Positions 38,618-49,040 are shown, counted from the first letter of the stretch. The stretch is 64,000 bases of DNA from Flavobacteriales bacterium (GCA_019638085.1 JAHBUL010000001.1:127630-191629); one strand, 5' to 3'. Notes: generated from the sequence alone by a model not told the origin. Program-made: numbers and translations.

Positions 38618-39739
38618 TCACGGATAGCCCTTGGCCAAGCTCCGGAATAGCGGGGTCCAGTCCACCTTGCCATAGTTGGTACCCAGCCGCACGATCACCA
38701 GTTCACGAGAAGGATCCACATAGACGTATTGCCCCAGGATCCCTTGCGCTTGAAAATCGCCTTCGGTGGACGGGAGCCACCACTGGTACTGATAGTACTG
38801 AACACTGCCGTTCGTAGTGTCCACGCGGGTACTCTGCGCTACCCACTCCTTCGGCACGAGTTGCTTGCCCTGCCATTCACCTTGGTGCAGATACAGCGAA
38901 CCCAGCTTCGCAAAGTCCCGGGCTGGCGCGTTGATGCAACAAAAGGTCTTCTCGATGCCTCCGTTTTTGCGATCGATGCTCCAGGATGCCGGGTATTCCA
39001 TCCCTAGTGGGGACCACAGCTTGTCGTTCAGGTATGCCGTGATGGTGCGCGGGTCATTGGCCTTGCGCAACGCGCGCTCCAGCACCCAGCCCAGCAATTG
39101 GCTGCTCCCACTTTGGTATTCAAAGTGCTCGCCCGGTGCAGCCTTCAGCTTCATCTTCGCCATGCTCTTGTACAGCCGCCGCCCGTAGTAGAAGGTGGCG
39201 GCATCGCCGAAAGGATTGGTATAGCTCTCGTTGAATTTGAGCCCGCTGGTCATTTGCAGCACGTGTTCCACGGTCACCTTATCGAAGCCGCGCTCCCGCA
39301 ATTCCGGAATGAAGTCGGTGACCGGCTGGTCCACGCTTGTGATCATGCCATCCGCGATGGCACAGCCCATCAGCATGCTCATCACCGATTTGGCCATGGA
39401 GAACGAGGTATGGATCCGCGAAGGGTCGTAACCCTTGAAGTAACGTTCATAGCGGATCGTATCGCGTTGGATCACCAGGAAAGCCACGGTCTTATACTTC
39501 TCCAGGAACGCATCGAACTGAAGGTCCTTTCCAGTCGCAGTGATCTGGCGCGGTGCTTTTTCCGTTGCGGCTTCCGCAAAATGGAACGGCTCAGGTGAGG
39601 CCGCAAGAGGGCGCGAAGGGAACTTCCGATGGTCGTTGGTATCGGCGAAATTGTAAATGAAAAAGCGCCCCACTTTGCAGCCACTGAGCAGCAGATACGC
39701 AAAGAGCAGGATGACCGATCGAGGCGAAAAATGGAGCAT
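38618..39739 (-). CDS. Serine hydrolase of the beta-lactamase/PBP-like family, lipoprotein
   Basis: Lipobox LLSGC; S-x-x-K motif SMAKS; beta-lactamase-fold similarity. Confidence 0.75.
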   Translation of the reverse strand: MLHFSPRSVILLFAYLLLSGCKVGRFFIYNFADTNDHRKFPSRPLAASPEPFHFAEAATEKAPRQITATGKDLQFDAFLEKYKTVAFLVIQRDTIRYERYFKGYDPSRIHTSFSMAKSVMSMLMGCAIADGMITSVDQPVTDFIPELRERGFDKVTVEHVLQMTSGLKFNESYTNPFGDAATFYYGRRLYKSMAKMKLKAAPGEHFEYQSGSSQLLGWVLERALRKANDPRTITAYLNDKLWSPLGMEYPASWSIDRKNGGIEKTFCCINAPARDFAKLGSLYLHQGEWQGKQLVPKEWVAQSTRVDTTNGSVQYYQYQWWLPSTEGDFQAQGILGQYVYVDPSRELVIVRLGTNYGKVDWTPLFRSLAKGYP

Positions 39740-39791
39740 GGCGAAATGTAACCAAACCGTCCTCGGGTTCCTCGACGGACTTCTTGGGCCC

Positions 39792-41699
39792 TCAATCCTT
39801 CACCACCATGGTTCGATCGACCCGATCCGCCATCCTCACCTCCAATAGATAAACGCCATGGGCGATCCCAGCGACATTCATTTCCCAGCGATCACCCGGA
39901 GGCATCCGTTCGGAACGGACCGTTCCACCGCGCATATCAAGCAAGATCAGCTCGGCACCGGTGTGCCTTTGCTCAAGCTGGATCGTGAACACGTCGGTAG
40001 CGGGATTGGGAAAGGTGGAAACACGGCCCGAACGCTCCTCCTGCGCCATTCCTGTAGTGAGCACTTCCGCGCAGTCGGAAACCGGCATGCAATAAAGGGT
40101 GCCCGCTTGCACGGCGTAGCTTCCCGGGTCCGTGGCCTCGAGGACCGGAGCGGTGGCCCCGGCGATCGGATCGCCCGTGGAGCAGTCCACCCATTGATAA
40201 TATGGCCCGGGCGAATCGGTGGAAAGCAGCTGGCCCACTGCTTCGATCCCGGGTGCTTCATCCACGGTGCAAACACCCAATGTGATGATCCAGCCGTCCT
40301 TGTTGCCATGGCTGGTCATCGCCAACGTGTCCGAGGTGGGATCGAAGTCCGCGGTACCGAGAAAGCTACCGCATACGCGGGCATTCCCGTCGGCATCAAG
40401 CGCGACCGCATAGGCTGTGGTGTGCTGGTTCCCACCGATCGCTTCCGCATTCAGGTATGCGCCATCCGGATCGAGTTTCAGCAAAAAGGCCGAGCTGACC
40501 AGGTCATCATGGCTGGGCAGGATGGCTGTTCCCGGTCCGGGGTCCATGTCGATCGATCGATAGTTCGAACCGGCAACAAGGAGGTTCCCTGCCGGATCGG
40601 AGATCACCCGATGGCCTTGGGAATTGGTTGCCTGGTCGAACCGGAGCGCCCAGATCAGGTCGCCGTCGGGACTTAGTTTGCTCACGAACAGTTCCCAAGT
40701 TCCGCTATAGAGCAATTCTTCCGGGCCGGGATCGAGGTCGATGGTCCCGGAGAAATGCCCGGTGGTGATCACGTTGCCCCAGGGATCACTGGTGATGGAT
40801 CCGCCCAAGGTATTGTACGCCGTACTGGTGAATTGCCGTGCCCAGATGAAGCTCCCGCTGGTGTCCCACTTGCTCACGAATACGTCGCGCCGATCAGGCC
40901 CGGGTGCATCCATGGTGAAGCTACCGGCGCCGGGATCGAAGTCCATGGTCCCCGAGAAACCGCCCGTAAGCAGAAGGCCACCGGTACCGTCGAGTGCGAT
41001 ATCGAGTATATCGTCGAACTGCGGCCCTCCGATCCGTCCTGCCCAGATCAGCTCACCTGTGGGGTCCAGCTTCACCACGAATCCGTCCGTCCCACCGTAG
41101 GAGGTGAACGAAAGTGTTCCGGCACCGGGATCCAGGTCCGTGACCCCTTGGAAGGACCCTCCGAGATAGATGTTGCCCACCTCGTCGAGTACCATGCTTG
41201 ATGCGGTGGTCTTCGTGCCCAAGGCCCTCGCCCACACATGCTCGCCATCACCGGTGAGCTTCAGCACGAAGGCGCGCGAGGTGAACGCGTTGGAGACGAA
41301 AATGTCCTCATTGGGACCCGGATCAAGGTCCACCGTGTTCTGGAATTCACCGAAAACGAGGATGTCCCCGCTCCCATCCACCACCACGCGCCGAATGATA
41401 TCATGGTCCACTCCTCCGATGCGATGCGCCCAGACCGGATGGCCCAAGCTATCGAGCTTCATCACGAACGCATCGTACTGGCCTGCGGATACCAGCTGCA
41501 GTGGCCCGGCACCGAAGTTGGCCGTACCGCTGAAATAACCCACTGCATAGGTATGGCCCGCGCTATCCACGGCGACATCGATCGCCTCGTCGATGGAGAC
41601 ACCGCCGACCTGGATGGCCCAGCCGGTAGCGAGCGGTTCCTGTGCAAGAGCGGGATCAAAGAGCGCGAACGGTAAAAGGGGAAGGAAGTATTTCAACAT
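39792..41699 (-). CDS. Beta-propeller repeat (SBBP-like) protein with T9SS type-A CTD
   Basis: Repeated GG(S/T)xxD...D(L/F)DPG units; C-terminal STFPNPATDVFTI...GVYLLEV CTD. Confidence 0.8.
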   Translation of the reverse strand: MLKYFLPLLPFALFDPALAQEPLATGWAIQVGGVSIDEAIDVAVDSAGHTYAVGYFSGTANFGAGPLQLVSAGQYDAFVMKLDSLGHPVWAHRIGGVDHDIIRRVVVDGSGDILVFGEFQNTVDLDPGPNEDIFVSNAFTSRAFVLKLTGDGEHVWARALGTKTTASSMVLDEVGNIYLGGSFQGVTDLDPGAGTLSFTSYGGTDGFVVKLDPTGELIWAGRIGGPQFDDILDIALDGTGGLLLTGGFSGTMDFDPGAGSFTMDAPGPDRRDVFVSKWDTSGSFIWARQFTSTAYNTLGGSITSDPWGNVITTGHFSGTIDLDPGPEELLYSGTWELFVSKLSPDGDLIWALRFDQATNSQGHRVISDPAGNLLVAGSNYRSIDMDPGPGTAILPSHDDLVSSAFLLKLDPDGAYLNAEAIGGNQHTTAYAVALDADGNARVCGSFLGTADFDPTSDTLAMTSHGNKDGWIITLGVCTVDEAPGIEAVGQLLSTDSPGPYYQWVDCSTGDPIAGATAPVLEATDPGSYAVQAGTLYCMPVSDCAEVLTTGMAQEERSGRVSTFPNPATDVFTIQLEQRHTGAELILLDMRGGTVRSERMPPGDRWEMNVAGIAHGVYLLEVRMADRVDRTMVVKD

Positions 41700-42087
41700 G
41701 TTCTTGGTTCTCCTGATGAGGCGTCCTCACCAAGCGTGGTGGACTGTTAACCGCATTCCAGTGGCGATCGGAGAGCTTACGGAAGTGATCGAGGGCAGGG
41801 CACTTGGAACCGCGTTCCTGCGCACATGCATTTACATGGATCGGGAAGTATTCCAGTTCGCTCCAACTTGATATCCCACCGGGTTTTACTTGGGGTGGAT
41901 CAAGGCCCGAAGATAGCCCCTTTATCCCGATGGGTTGCCGCGATGGAGCGCGATGGGCCACACCTTGGTCCCATTGAACGTACAGGAGAGAAGTGGGGAG
42001 GGCTTCTTCCTACATGCCCGGGCAACAGGGCCACGGTGGTAACTTCGCACGCACAAGCCACGGCCCGAACGCCGCACCGCAGTTGCC

Positions 42088-43542
42088 ATGCTCAAGCAAT
42101 ACCTCTCCCAGAAACTTCAACAGAAGCTAAGCCCTCAGCAGATCCAGCTGATGAAACTGCTTCAGGTACCCACGTTGGAACTTGAACAGCGGATCAAGCA
42201 GGAAATGGAGGAAAACCCGGCGCTGGAGGAAGGGGAGGACCATGAGGAGGAGGAAATGCTCACGGAGGAACAGACCATCGATGAGAGCGAGGAGGAATCC
42301 GAGAGCAGCAATGAGGAGTTCGATCTGAGCGATTACTTCCAGGATGATGACACGCCGGATTACAAGCTGAGCGCGAAGAACCAGGGTGCGGATGACGATG
42401 ACTTCGAGATGCCGTTGTCCGTCGGTTCCACGTTCCAAGAAGCCATGCGCACCCAGCTTTCCTTGCGGGATGTGGATGAGCGCACCGAACTGTTGGGTGA
42501 GCACCTGATCGGGAACTTGGATGAGGACGGCTATCTCCGGCGCGGCTTGGACCAGATCGTGAACGACCTGGCCTTCACCGCCAACGTGATGACCGATGAG
42601 GCCGAGTTGAAAGGCGTTTTGCGCGAGGTGCAAACGCTCGATCCCCCCGGAGTGGCCGCGCGGGATCTGCGCGAATGCCTGCTTTTGCAACTGAACCGGT
42701 TGAGCAATGCAGTGGATGTTCTTACAGCAAAGGAGATCGTGGACAAGCACTTCGATGCCTTCACCAAGAAGCACTATGAGCGCATCATGGAACGCTTGGA
42801 GATCGATGAGGATGCGCTGCGCGATGCCATCGATGTGATCGTGCGCCTCAATCCCAAACCGGGGAATACCGGCAGGGATTCATCCAGGACCGCACAGACC
42901 ATTGTTCCGGATTTTGCCATCACAGTGGTGGATGGGCAGTTGGAGCTTTCACTCAATGGGCGGAATGCCCCGGAACTGAGGGTGAGCCGACAATATCGCG
43001 ACATGATCAAGGAGTATCAGCGCAACAAAAAGGACAAAAAGTCCAAGGATGCGCTGCTCTTCATCAAGCAGAAGCTCGATTCGGCCAAGTGGTTCATCGA
43101 TGCCATCAAGCAGCGACAGAACACCTTGCTCATCACCATGGAGGCCATCATGGAACACCAACGTGAGTTCTTCCTCACCGGCGATGAGACCAAGATGAAG
43201 CCGATGATACTGAAGGACATCGCCGAGAAAGTGGAGATGGATATCAGCACGGTGAGCCGCGTGGCCAACAGTAAATACGTGCAAACCGACCACGGCACGT
43301 ACCTGCTGAAGTTCTTCTTCAGCGAGAGCCTCACCACCGATAGTGGAGAGGAAGTAAGTACCCGGGAAGTGAAGAAGATCCTGGAAGAGGCCATCATCGC
43401 GGAGAATAAACAAAACCCCTATACCGATGATGAGCTCACCAAGCTCCTTCGCGAAAAGGGATACAACATCGCTCGCCGCACTGTGGCCAAATACCGTGAG
43501 CAATTGCAGATGCCGGTAGCTCGCTTGCGGAAGGAGCTTTAG
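42088..43542 (+). CDS. rpoN: RNA polymerase sigma-54 factor
   Basis: Activator-interacting N-terminal region, core-binding region and RpoN box (ARRTVAKYRE). Confidence 0.9.
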   Translation: MLKQYLSQKLQQKLSPQQIQLMKLLQVPTLELEQRIKQEMEENPALEEGEDHEEEEMLTEEQTIDESEEESESSNEEFDLSDYFQDDDTPDYKLSAKNQGADDDDFEMPLSVGSTFQEAMRTQLSLRDVDERTELLGEHLIGNLDEDGYLRRGLDQIVNDLAFTANVMTDEAELKGVLREVQTLDPPGVAARDLRECLLLQLNRLSNAVDVLTAKEIVDKHFDAFTKKHYERIMERLEIDEDALRDAIDVIVRLNPKPGNTGRDSSRTAQTIVPDFAITVVDGQLELSLNGRNAPELRVSRQYRDMIKEYQRNKKDKKSKDALLFIKQKLDSAKWFIDAIKQRQNTLLITMEAIMEHQREFFLTGDETKMKPMILKDIAEKVEMDISTVSRVANSKYVQTDHGTYLLKFFFSESLTTDSGEEVSTREVKKILEEAIIAENKQNPYTDDELTKLLREKGYNIARRTVAKYREQLQMPVARLRKEL

Positions 43543-43544
43543 GC

Positions 43545-44159
43545 ATGCACAAGGCGGCCCACACGCTTTCCCTCCTGCTCCATCCCGTGTGGATGCCGAC
43601 CCTCGCGGTGATCATCGCGTTCGGCATCGACCCGCACCTCACCTTCGCCTTTTCCTACAAGGGTCAATGGGTGATCGTCGGCATGGTCTTCATCATGACG
43701 GCCCTTTTCCCGGTCTCCAGCATGTTCATGCTCTGGCGGAGCGGGGTGGTTTCGGAGCTGGCCATGCACCGGCGCAGCGAGCGCATTGTGCCGTACATCC
43801 TTACGCTGATCTACTTCTGTATGGCGTACTATCTGTTGCGCCGCACCCCCAACCATCCGTTCACGCTTGCGCTCTTTTCGGGGATCATTCTGGCTCTGGC
43901 GGCGGACCTGTTGATCACGCTCCGGTGGAAGGTGAGCATCCACATGACCGGGATAGGTGGCATCATCGGCATGGTCCTGGGCCTGATGTTGTTCCATGGT
44001 GCCCGTGCCTGGTTCCTGCCGTTGCTCTTTATTCTTGCCGGCGCTTTGGGGACGGCCCGGCTGCTCATATCGGACCATACGCCGGCCCAGATTTACGTGG
44101 GTGCGGCCATTGGGCTGGCCGGTACTTTCGGTTGCTTGGCCTTCGGGATCTACTACTGA
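43545..44159 (+). CDS. PAP2-family membrane phosphatase
   Basis: PAP2 motifs (KVSIHMTG ... SDHTPAQIYVGAAIG); starts 3 nt after rpoN. Confidence 0.7.
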   Translation: MHKAAHTLSLLLHPVWMPTLAVIIAFGIDPHLTFAFSYKGQWVIVGMVFIMTALFPVSSMFMLWRSGVVSELAMHRRSERIVPYILTLIYFCMAYYLLRRTPNHPFTLALFSGIILALAADLLITLRWKVSIHMTGIGGIIGMVLGLMLFHGARAWFLPLLFILAGALGTARLLISDHTPAQIYVGAAIGLAGTFGCLAFGIYY

Positions 44160-44166
44160 GAGCAGT

Positions 44167-45195
44167 TCACGAGCTGGCCTTGTCCGCAGCAATGGTCTGT
44201 TGCCAATGCCACGCATCCCGCAGGGCATCCGCCAATGTGAGCTTAGTGCTCCAACCAAGCACTTCCCGGCTCTTGGTGGTATCCGCATACATGGCCATCA
44301 CATCGCCTGCCCTGCGTGGGCCGATCACGAACGGCACCTTCACTCCGTTCTCCTTTTCGAACGTGTGAACGGCCTCCAGCACGGTGTTCCCGGTACCGGT
44401 GCCCAAGTTGAAGACCTCACAGGCAGGCGCCTGTTGTTCCGCGATCCATTGCAAGGCCAGCACGTGCGCCTTGGCCAGGTCCACTACGTGGATATAGTCC
44501 CGGATGCATGATCCATCACGTGTGGGGTAATCGTCGCCGAACACCGTGAGGCGATCGCGAAGCCCGGCAGCAGCTTGGGTGATAAAAGGTATCAGGTTGT
44601 TCGGGACACCGATCGGCAGTTCACCGATGATCCCTGAAGGATGCGCTCCAACCGGGTTGAAATAGCGCAGCATCACCACGCGCAGCAAGGGGTCCGCTGC
44701 GGAAGCATCGCGGAGCATCTGCTCGCATACCACCTTGGTATAGCCATAGGGTGATGCAGCGGCACCGGTAGGGGAGGTCTCCGTCACCGGCAACTGGTCC
44801 GTATCGCCATACACCGTGCAGGAGGAAGAGAAAACGAGGTCCTTCACGCCATGCTTTTCCATCACACGCAGCAGCGTGAAGAGGGAACCGATGTTGTTGG
44901 AATAATACTTCAACGGGTCGCGGACACTTTCGCCCACGGCCTTGTCGGCCGCAAAGTGGATCACGCTGGTAGGCTTCTCCTGCTCGAATACTTTGTCCAA
45001 GGAGTCCGCGTCGCCACAATCGATGCGATGGATCGGCAGTGTACGTTCGACGATCTTCTCCAATCCCCGCAGCACGCGCTCCTCACTGTTCCGCAGGTCA
45101 TCAACGATGACAGGGGTGAGGCCGGCCTCCACCATTTCAACGCAGGTGTGCGAGCCGATAAAACCTGCACCCCCCGTTACGATCGTTTTGCCCAT
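44167..45195 (-). CDS. galE: UDP-glucose 4-epimerase
   Basis: TGGAGFIGSH Rossmann motif and YGYTK catalytic motif; GalE-like throughout. Confidence 0.9.
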   Translation of the reverse strand: MGKTIVTGGAGFIGSHTCVEMVEAGLTPVIVDDLRNSEERVLRGLEKIVERTLPIHRIDCGDADSLDKVFEQEKPTSVIHFAADKAVGESVRDPLKYYSNNIGSLFTLLRVMEKHGVKDLVFSSSCTVYGDTDQLPVTETSPTGAAASPYGYTKVVCEQMLRDASAADPLLRVVMLRYFNPVGAHPSGIIGELPIGVPNNLIPFITQAAAGLRDRLTVFGDDYPTRDGSCIRDYIHVVDLAKAHVLALQWIAEQQAPACEVFNLGTGTGNTVLEAVHTFEKENGVKVPFVIGPRRAGDVMAMYADTTKSREVLGWSTKLTLADALRDAWHWQQTIAADKASS

Positions 45196-45272
45196 GTTCC
45201 CGAAAGTAGCATTGCACACGATCGCTGGGAAGTTCGCCCCCTAGCGACCGTGCTGCTGAATTGAGTGTTCAG

Positions 45273-45345
45273 TGGGCCCAGCAGGATTTGAACCTGCGAC
45301 CAACGGATTATGAGTCCGCTGCTCTGACCGCTGAGCTATAGGCCC
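45273..45345 (-). tRNA. tRNA with CAT anticodon (elongator Met, or Ile2 if lysidinylated)
   Basis: Cloverleaf folded by hand: acceptor GGGCCTA/TGGGCCC, anticodon stem GCGGA/TCCGT, loop CTCATAA, T-arm GCAGG-TTCAAAT-CCTGC; CCA not encoded. Confidence 0.8.
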
Positions 45346-45407
45346 GGTAGGAAGCCGCGAAAGTAGCGGTTGACGTGGATCCCGCGTAGCGGATAGCTTC
45401 GCGGCCC

Positions 45408-46049
45408 ATGGAACGACCCTTACCCTACGATACGATCCTGCTCGATCTGGGCGGGGTACTCATCGATGTGGACTACCAAGCCGCGGCAATTGCCTTTGCA
45501 CAATTGGGCTTCAAGGATTTTGATGAACTCTACAGCAAGGCCAAGCAGGACCACCTTTTCGATGGCTTTGAAACAGGAGAGATTTTTCCGGCCCAATTCC
45601 GGGACAAGATCCGCAGCCTTTACGGACATCCCCTTTTGGACGAGCAGATCGATAGCTGCTGGAATTCCATGCTGGGAAGCATTCCGGAGGAGCGCATCGC
45701 ATTGGTGAAGCGCTTGAATGAGCGCTATAAAGTGCTATTGCTGAGCAACACCAACGCCATCCATGTTCCGGCATTCGAGGCCATCGTGGCCAAGGAGAAC
45801 GGGATATCCGATTTCAAGGCGTTGTTCGCTGGTGCCTATTACAGCTGCGAACTGGGCATGCGCAAACCGGATGTGGAGATCTATCAGTATGTGCTCAACA
45901 AGCAAGGCGCTATAGCCGAGCGTACCCTGTTCATCGACGACAGCATCCAACACGTGATCGGGGCGCGAGAGGCGGGCCTGCATGCGGAGCACTTGGACCT
46001 GGCCAAGGAGGATGTGATCCACTTGGTGGAGCGGCTGGGTTTGCTCTGA
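45408..46049 (+). CDS. HAD-superfamily (subfamily IA) hydrolase
   Basis: DxG motif LLDLGGVL, SNTN motif, and C-terminal DD (FIDDS). Confidence 0.75.
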   Translation: MERPLPYDTILLDLGGVLIDVDYQAAAIAFAQLGFKDFDELYSKAKQDHLFDGFETGEIFPAQFRDKIRSLYGHPLLDEQIDSCWNSMLGSIPEERIALVKRLNERYKVLLLSNTNAIHVPAFEAIVAKENGISDFKALFAGAYYSCELGMRKPDVEIYQYVLNKQGAIAERTLFIDDSIQHVIGAREAGLHAEHLDLAKEDVIHLVERLGLL

Positions 46050-47045
46050 TCAGTGGGCCACCACATACCGTCCAGTCCAACGCGTAGCTCCTCGGCCTAG
46101 CGAAACGAAGTAGATGCCCGCGCCATAACGCGCCAGTTCCACCTTGTTGTCGGCGCTGGGTAGCGTACGTGTTTCAAGCACTTTACCATCCAAAGAGGTA
46201 ATGGAGAGCATTGTGTGCTCCATGCTCATTGGGGTGCTCAAGTACAAAACGCTGGACTGCGGGTCGTAGCGGTCCACCACCTGCGGGTCGGTTGGCTCAG
46301 CGATCGCCGTAGGACCACCAAAGCTCAAGGCGTAGGCCGTGTTCAGTTCGCCCGGTGCCAACAAGCGGCCATACAATCGGATCTCATCCATGGCACCAAC
46401 GAGATCCTCACCGAAGGTGGTGAGTTGCGTATTGTTCTCATTCGCGTTGAAGTTGCAAAGGGAAATGTCCGCCATGGTGCCGCTTATCGCTTCGCCGCAT
46501 ACCGTGCCAGCAAGCTCCTGCGGTACGTTGTCCACGTTCATGCGCACGGTCATACTGCTCTTGTCCACCAACAACGCCACTTGGTGCCAAGCCCCATCGT
46601 TGTAGGTCACAGCCGTGTGGATATCCACCAAGCTCGCCCCTGCTCCACTTTGGAAGGATACATAACCGGTATTCCCGTAGAATCCGATACGCCAGCCCAC
46701 ACCCGTGCTCAACAGGTCGCGGAACAAATTCTGCTGCGCGGACGAGGATGAACGGAAATCAGTGATGAACGTGAAGCTGGTGGTCAGCCCGAAGTCGATC
46801 AAGTCGTCCGTGTCCAACCACAATTGGGGGTCGCTACCACCAAAAGCCAAGGCTTGGTTCGCCATACCCAACGCGTTCGTTGTGCCCGATGTGCCTTGTG
46901 CATACAAGGTGGAGAATGATGTACCCGACTGATTGTTGGTGTTGCCGTTGTTGAACGGGTAGTAGGCGATAAGGCCATTGTTCAGTTGTGCATTTACCGA
47001 AAGTGCAAGCAACAGGAAAAGGCCGAAAGAGGAAATACGGGTCAT
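46050..47045 (-). CDS. LamG/concanavalin-like domain protein with T9SS type-A CTD
   Basis: Signal peptide plus LamG-like core; C-terminal tail ...GIYFVSL... Confidence 0.7.
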   Translation of the reverse strand: MTRISSFGLFLLLALSVNAQLNNGLIAYYPFNNGNTNNQSGTSFSTLYAQGTSGTTNALGMANQALAFGGSDPQLWLDTDDLIDFGLTTSFTFITDFRSSSSAQQNLFRDLLSTGVGWRIGFYGNTGYVSFQSGAGASLVDIHTAVTYNDGAWHQVALLVDKSSMTVRMNVDNVPQELAGTVCGEAISGTMADISLCNFNANENNTQLTTFGEDLVGAMDEIRLYGRLLAPGELNTAYALSFGGPTAIAEPTDPQVVDRYDPQSSVLYLSTPMSMEHTMLSITSLDGKVLETRTLPSADNKVELARYGAGIYFVSLGRGATRWTGRYVVAH

Positions 47046-47099
47046 GGGTCAAAGTATTTGACCGCCAAAGTAATTCATGGGGCATGGGATCGTCGGCTT

Positions 47100-48650
47100 C
47101 GAGCTCGGGTTTCTCGTTTCCAAGTCCAGCATCCCGGCGCTTATTCTATGACATCTCCAAACGCTTGTTGAGTTTTTTGAGGCATGAGGAACTCCGGGCT
47201 TGGGCGGGAAGTCCTTTGGTCTCCCCGCCCATGGCCGAAGCCCGTCGTTCGTCGGGTTGATCCCTGGCGGGTTGCTCTCCAGCATGGCCCGCTTCCGTTT
47301 GGCCCGATGTGGCAAAGTTGGTCGATGTATTGCTGATCATGCCCACCTCCTCAGGGACCGCTTGGACCTTGCGTGGCTCGTATGGTCTTCCCTCCCTGAT
47401 CACGGCGCATACCCTGAGAATGATCTTGCACCGAATAGCGTTCAGTACGCTCATGGGGTGCTTGCCCTCGGCCACCTTCCGGCGATAGTAGGCGCTGAGC
47501 TCGTTGTCGCATTGGATCATGCCTAGTGCCGCCATGTGTAGCAATGATTTCAATCGCTTGTCGGCATGATGCGATACTCTAGAGCGGCCTTTGATACTGG
47601 AGCCGGAGGTATGCTCGTGCGGAGCCACACCAGCATGGCAGGCCAGTTGGCGGCCCGTGCACATCCGAGTGAAGAGATCAGTAGCAGCCAGCAAGTGTGC
47701 GGCCAATACAGGTCCTACGCGAGGAATGGTGAGCAAGAGTTGGTACTGCTCCTGCATGATGGGATCTTGGGCAATGTGGTCCTTGATCATCTTGTCCACC
47801 TGTTTCACCATCGCCTTGCTGTCCTTGATGCGCCTTGCGGAGTACTCCTTGAACACCTTCTGCAGGGGCTTTGCCACACAGGTATTCAGGTCGCTGTTGT
47901 ATACGCCATGCTTGACTCCGTCAACCACCATCCGGTCCCGGAACGCCAGTAGCTGTTTGAGTTCCAATGTGGCCAAGGTGGTCGGACCAGCTACACGCTT
48001 CTTGTCCTGGTACCGCATGGCGTAGTCGGCAATGCGCAGCGCATCGATGCGGTCGTTCTTGCCGCGTACCATGCCCATGCGCTGCCGGATGTCCATGGGA
48101 TGGGCGACCCACGTGGGCACTTGGCCCTTCACCAATGCGGCCAACACGGTGTTGGAGTAATGCCCGGTGGGTTCCAAACAGGCCAAGCAGTTATTGCGGT
48201 CCACACCAGCTTCACGGTTCCACCGCTTCAAGAGCGAGTTGACCGCGGCACTGGTGTTGTCCACTTCGGCCTGACGCACCATGTGGCCTTGGCCATCGAG
48301 CAAGGCGAAGTCCAGCTTGGCCTTGCTCACATCTATCCCGATGTAATGCATCGTTGTTTAGTTTTGGGTTACACCTGTGGTCTCCGGAGGGGCTGTGCGC
48401 AGGGTCTTGATGCTCGATGACTCTAATAGGCCGCTAGCCTGATATTCTATTCGAGCCTTGGACCCGAGTGGACGGCAGGTACCGATAAGCGCCCTAGGTC
48501 ATTGACCTGTCGGGTGTTCTGGTTCACCTGCCGCCCTGCTCAGTTCTCTCCGGGGATCCACTTTTCGTCCTAAAGTTGGTTCAAACAACCAAGGGCAAGT
48601 GTAGAGTCAGGTGTTTTCCGAGTGCTTCGCCTTTGCGCCATCCGATCACA
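47100..48650 (-). mobile_element. IS110-family insertion sequence (boundaries approximate)
   Basis: Single DEDD-type transposase gene with a long 5' leader, lodged between two chromosomal genes; IS110 elements lack terminal inverted repeats, so ends cannot be fixed by eye. Confidence 0.6.
47146..48351 (-). CDS. IS110-family transposase
   Basis: N-terminal MHYIGIDVSKAKLDFALLD DEDD-type domain plus a C-terminal transposase_20-like domain. Confidence 0.85.
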   Translation of the reverse strand: MHYIGIDVSKAKLDFALLDGQGHMVRQAEVDNTSAAVNSLLKRWNREAGVDRNNCLACLEPTGHYSNTVLAALVKGQVPTWVAHPMDIRQRMGMVRGKNDRIDALRIADYAMRYQDKKRVAGPTTLATLELKQLLAFRDRMVVDGVKHGVYNSDLNTCVAKPLQKVFKEYSARRIKDSKAMVKQVDKMIKDHIAQDPIMQEQYQLLLTIPRVGPVLAAHLLAATDLFTRMCTGRQLACHAGVAPHEHTSGSSIKGRSRVSHHADKRLKSLLHMAALGMIQCDNELSAYYRRKVAEGKHPMSVLNAIRCKIILRVCAVIREGRPYEPRKVQAVPEEVGMISNTSTNFATSGQTEAGHAGEQPARDQPDERRASAMGGETKGLPAQARSSSCLKKLNKRLEMS

Positions 48651-48707
48651 TTCAACTTTCTCCCTCCGGCGCCGGAGTTAAGATCGCTTCCTTGAGCAAC
48701 TCCCTGT

Positions 48708-49040
48708 TCACTGGCTCTTCTTTTTTCTCGCTTTCGGCAGGGGCAATACCTCAGCCATGCGCAGCAATACGCCCGGCAGGTGGTGGTCGCCGGTGATCAG
48801 CTCCTCGGGCACCAAGTAGTAGTCCTTCGAGCCGGGATAGGCGGGTGCACGTTCGCATCGCCCCTCCAGCACTGCGCTCTCGGGCATGATCTTCACAAGA
48901 AGCTGGTCGTCGCAGATGAAGCCTACCGTCTTGCCATCAGCGTAGATGGCGAATTCACCGAACATGGGTTTTATGCTGAAACGTTCGGACTGGCCCAACT
49001 GGTCCAAAATGAAAGCAGCGGTCTCCTTGCTCGTGGCCAT
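48708..49040 (-). CDS. TfoX N-terminal-domain family protein
   Basis: TfoX_N-like sequence (AAFILDQLG...KPMFGEFAIYADGKTVGFICDDQLLVK). Confidence 0.65.
   Translation of the reverse strand: MATSKETAAFILDQLGQSERFSIKPMFGEFAIYADGKTVGFICDDQLLVKIMPESAVLEGRCERAPAYPGSKDYYLVPEELITGDHHLPGVLLRMAEVLPLPKARKKKSQ

Noticed and set aside
43589-44368. 259-aa plus-strand ORF overlapping the PAP2 gene in another frame and running into galE antisense
   Set aside because: Arg/Pro/Gly-rich alternative frame. The PAP2 frame carries the catalytic motifs.
45346-45407. Imperfect inverted repeat GCCGCGAA...TTCGCGGC between the tRNA and the HAD gene
   Set aside because: Arms are short and imperfect with a large loop. 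Most likely ordinary promoter-region sequence.
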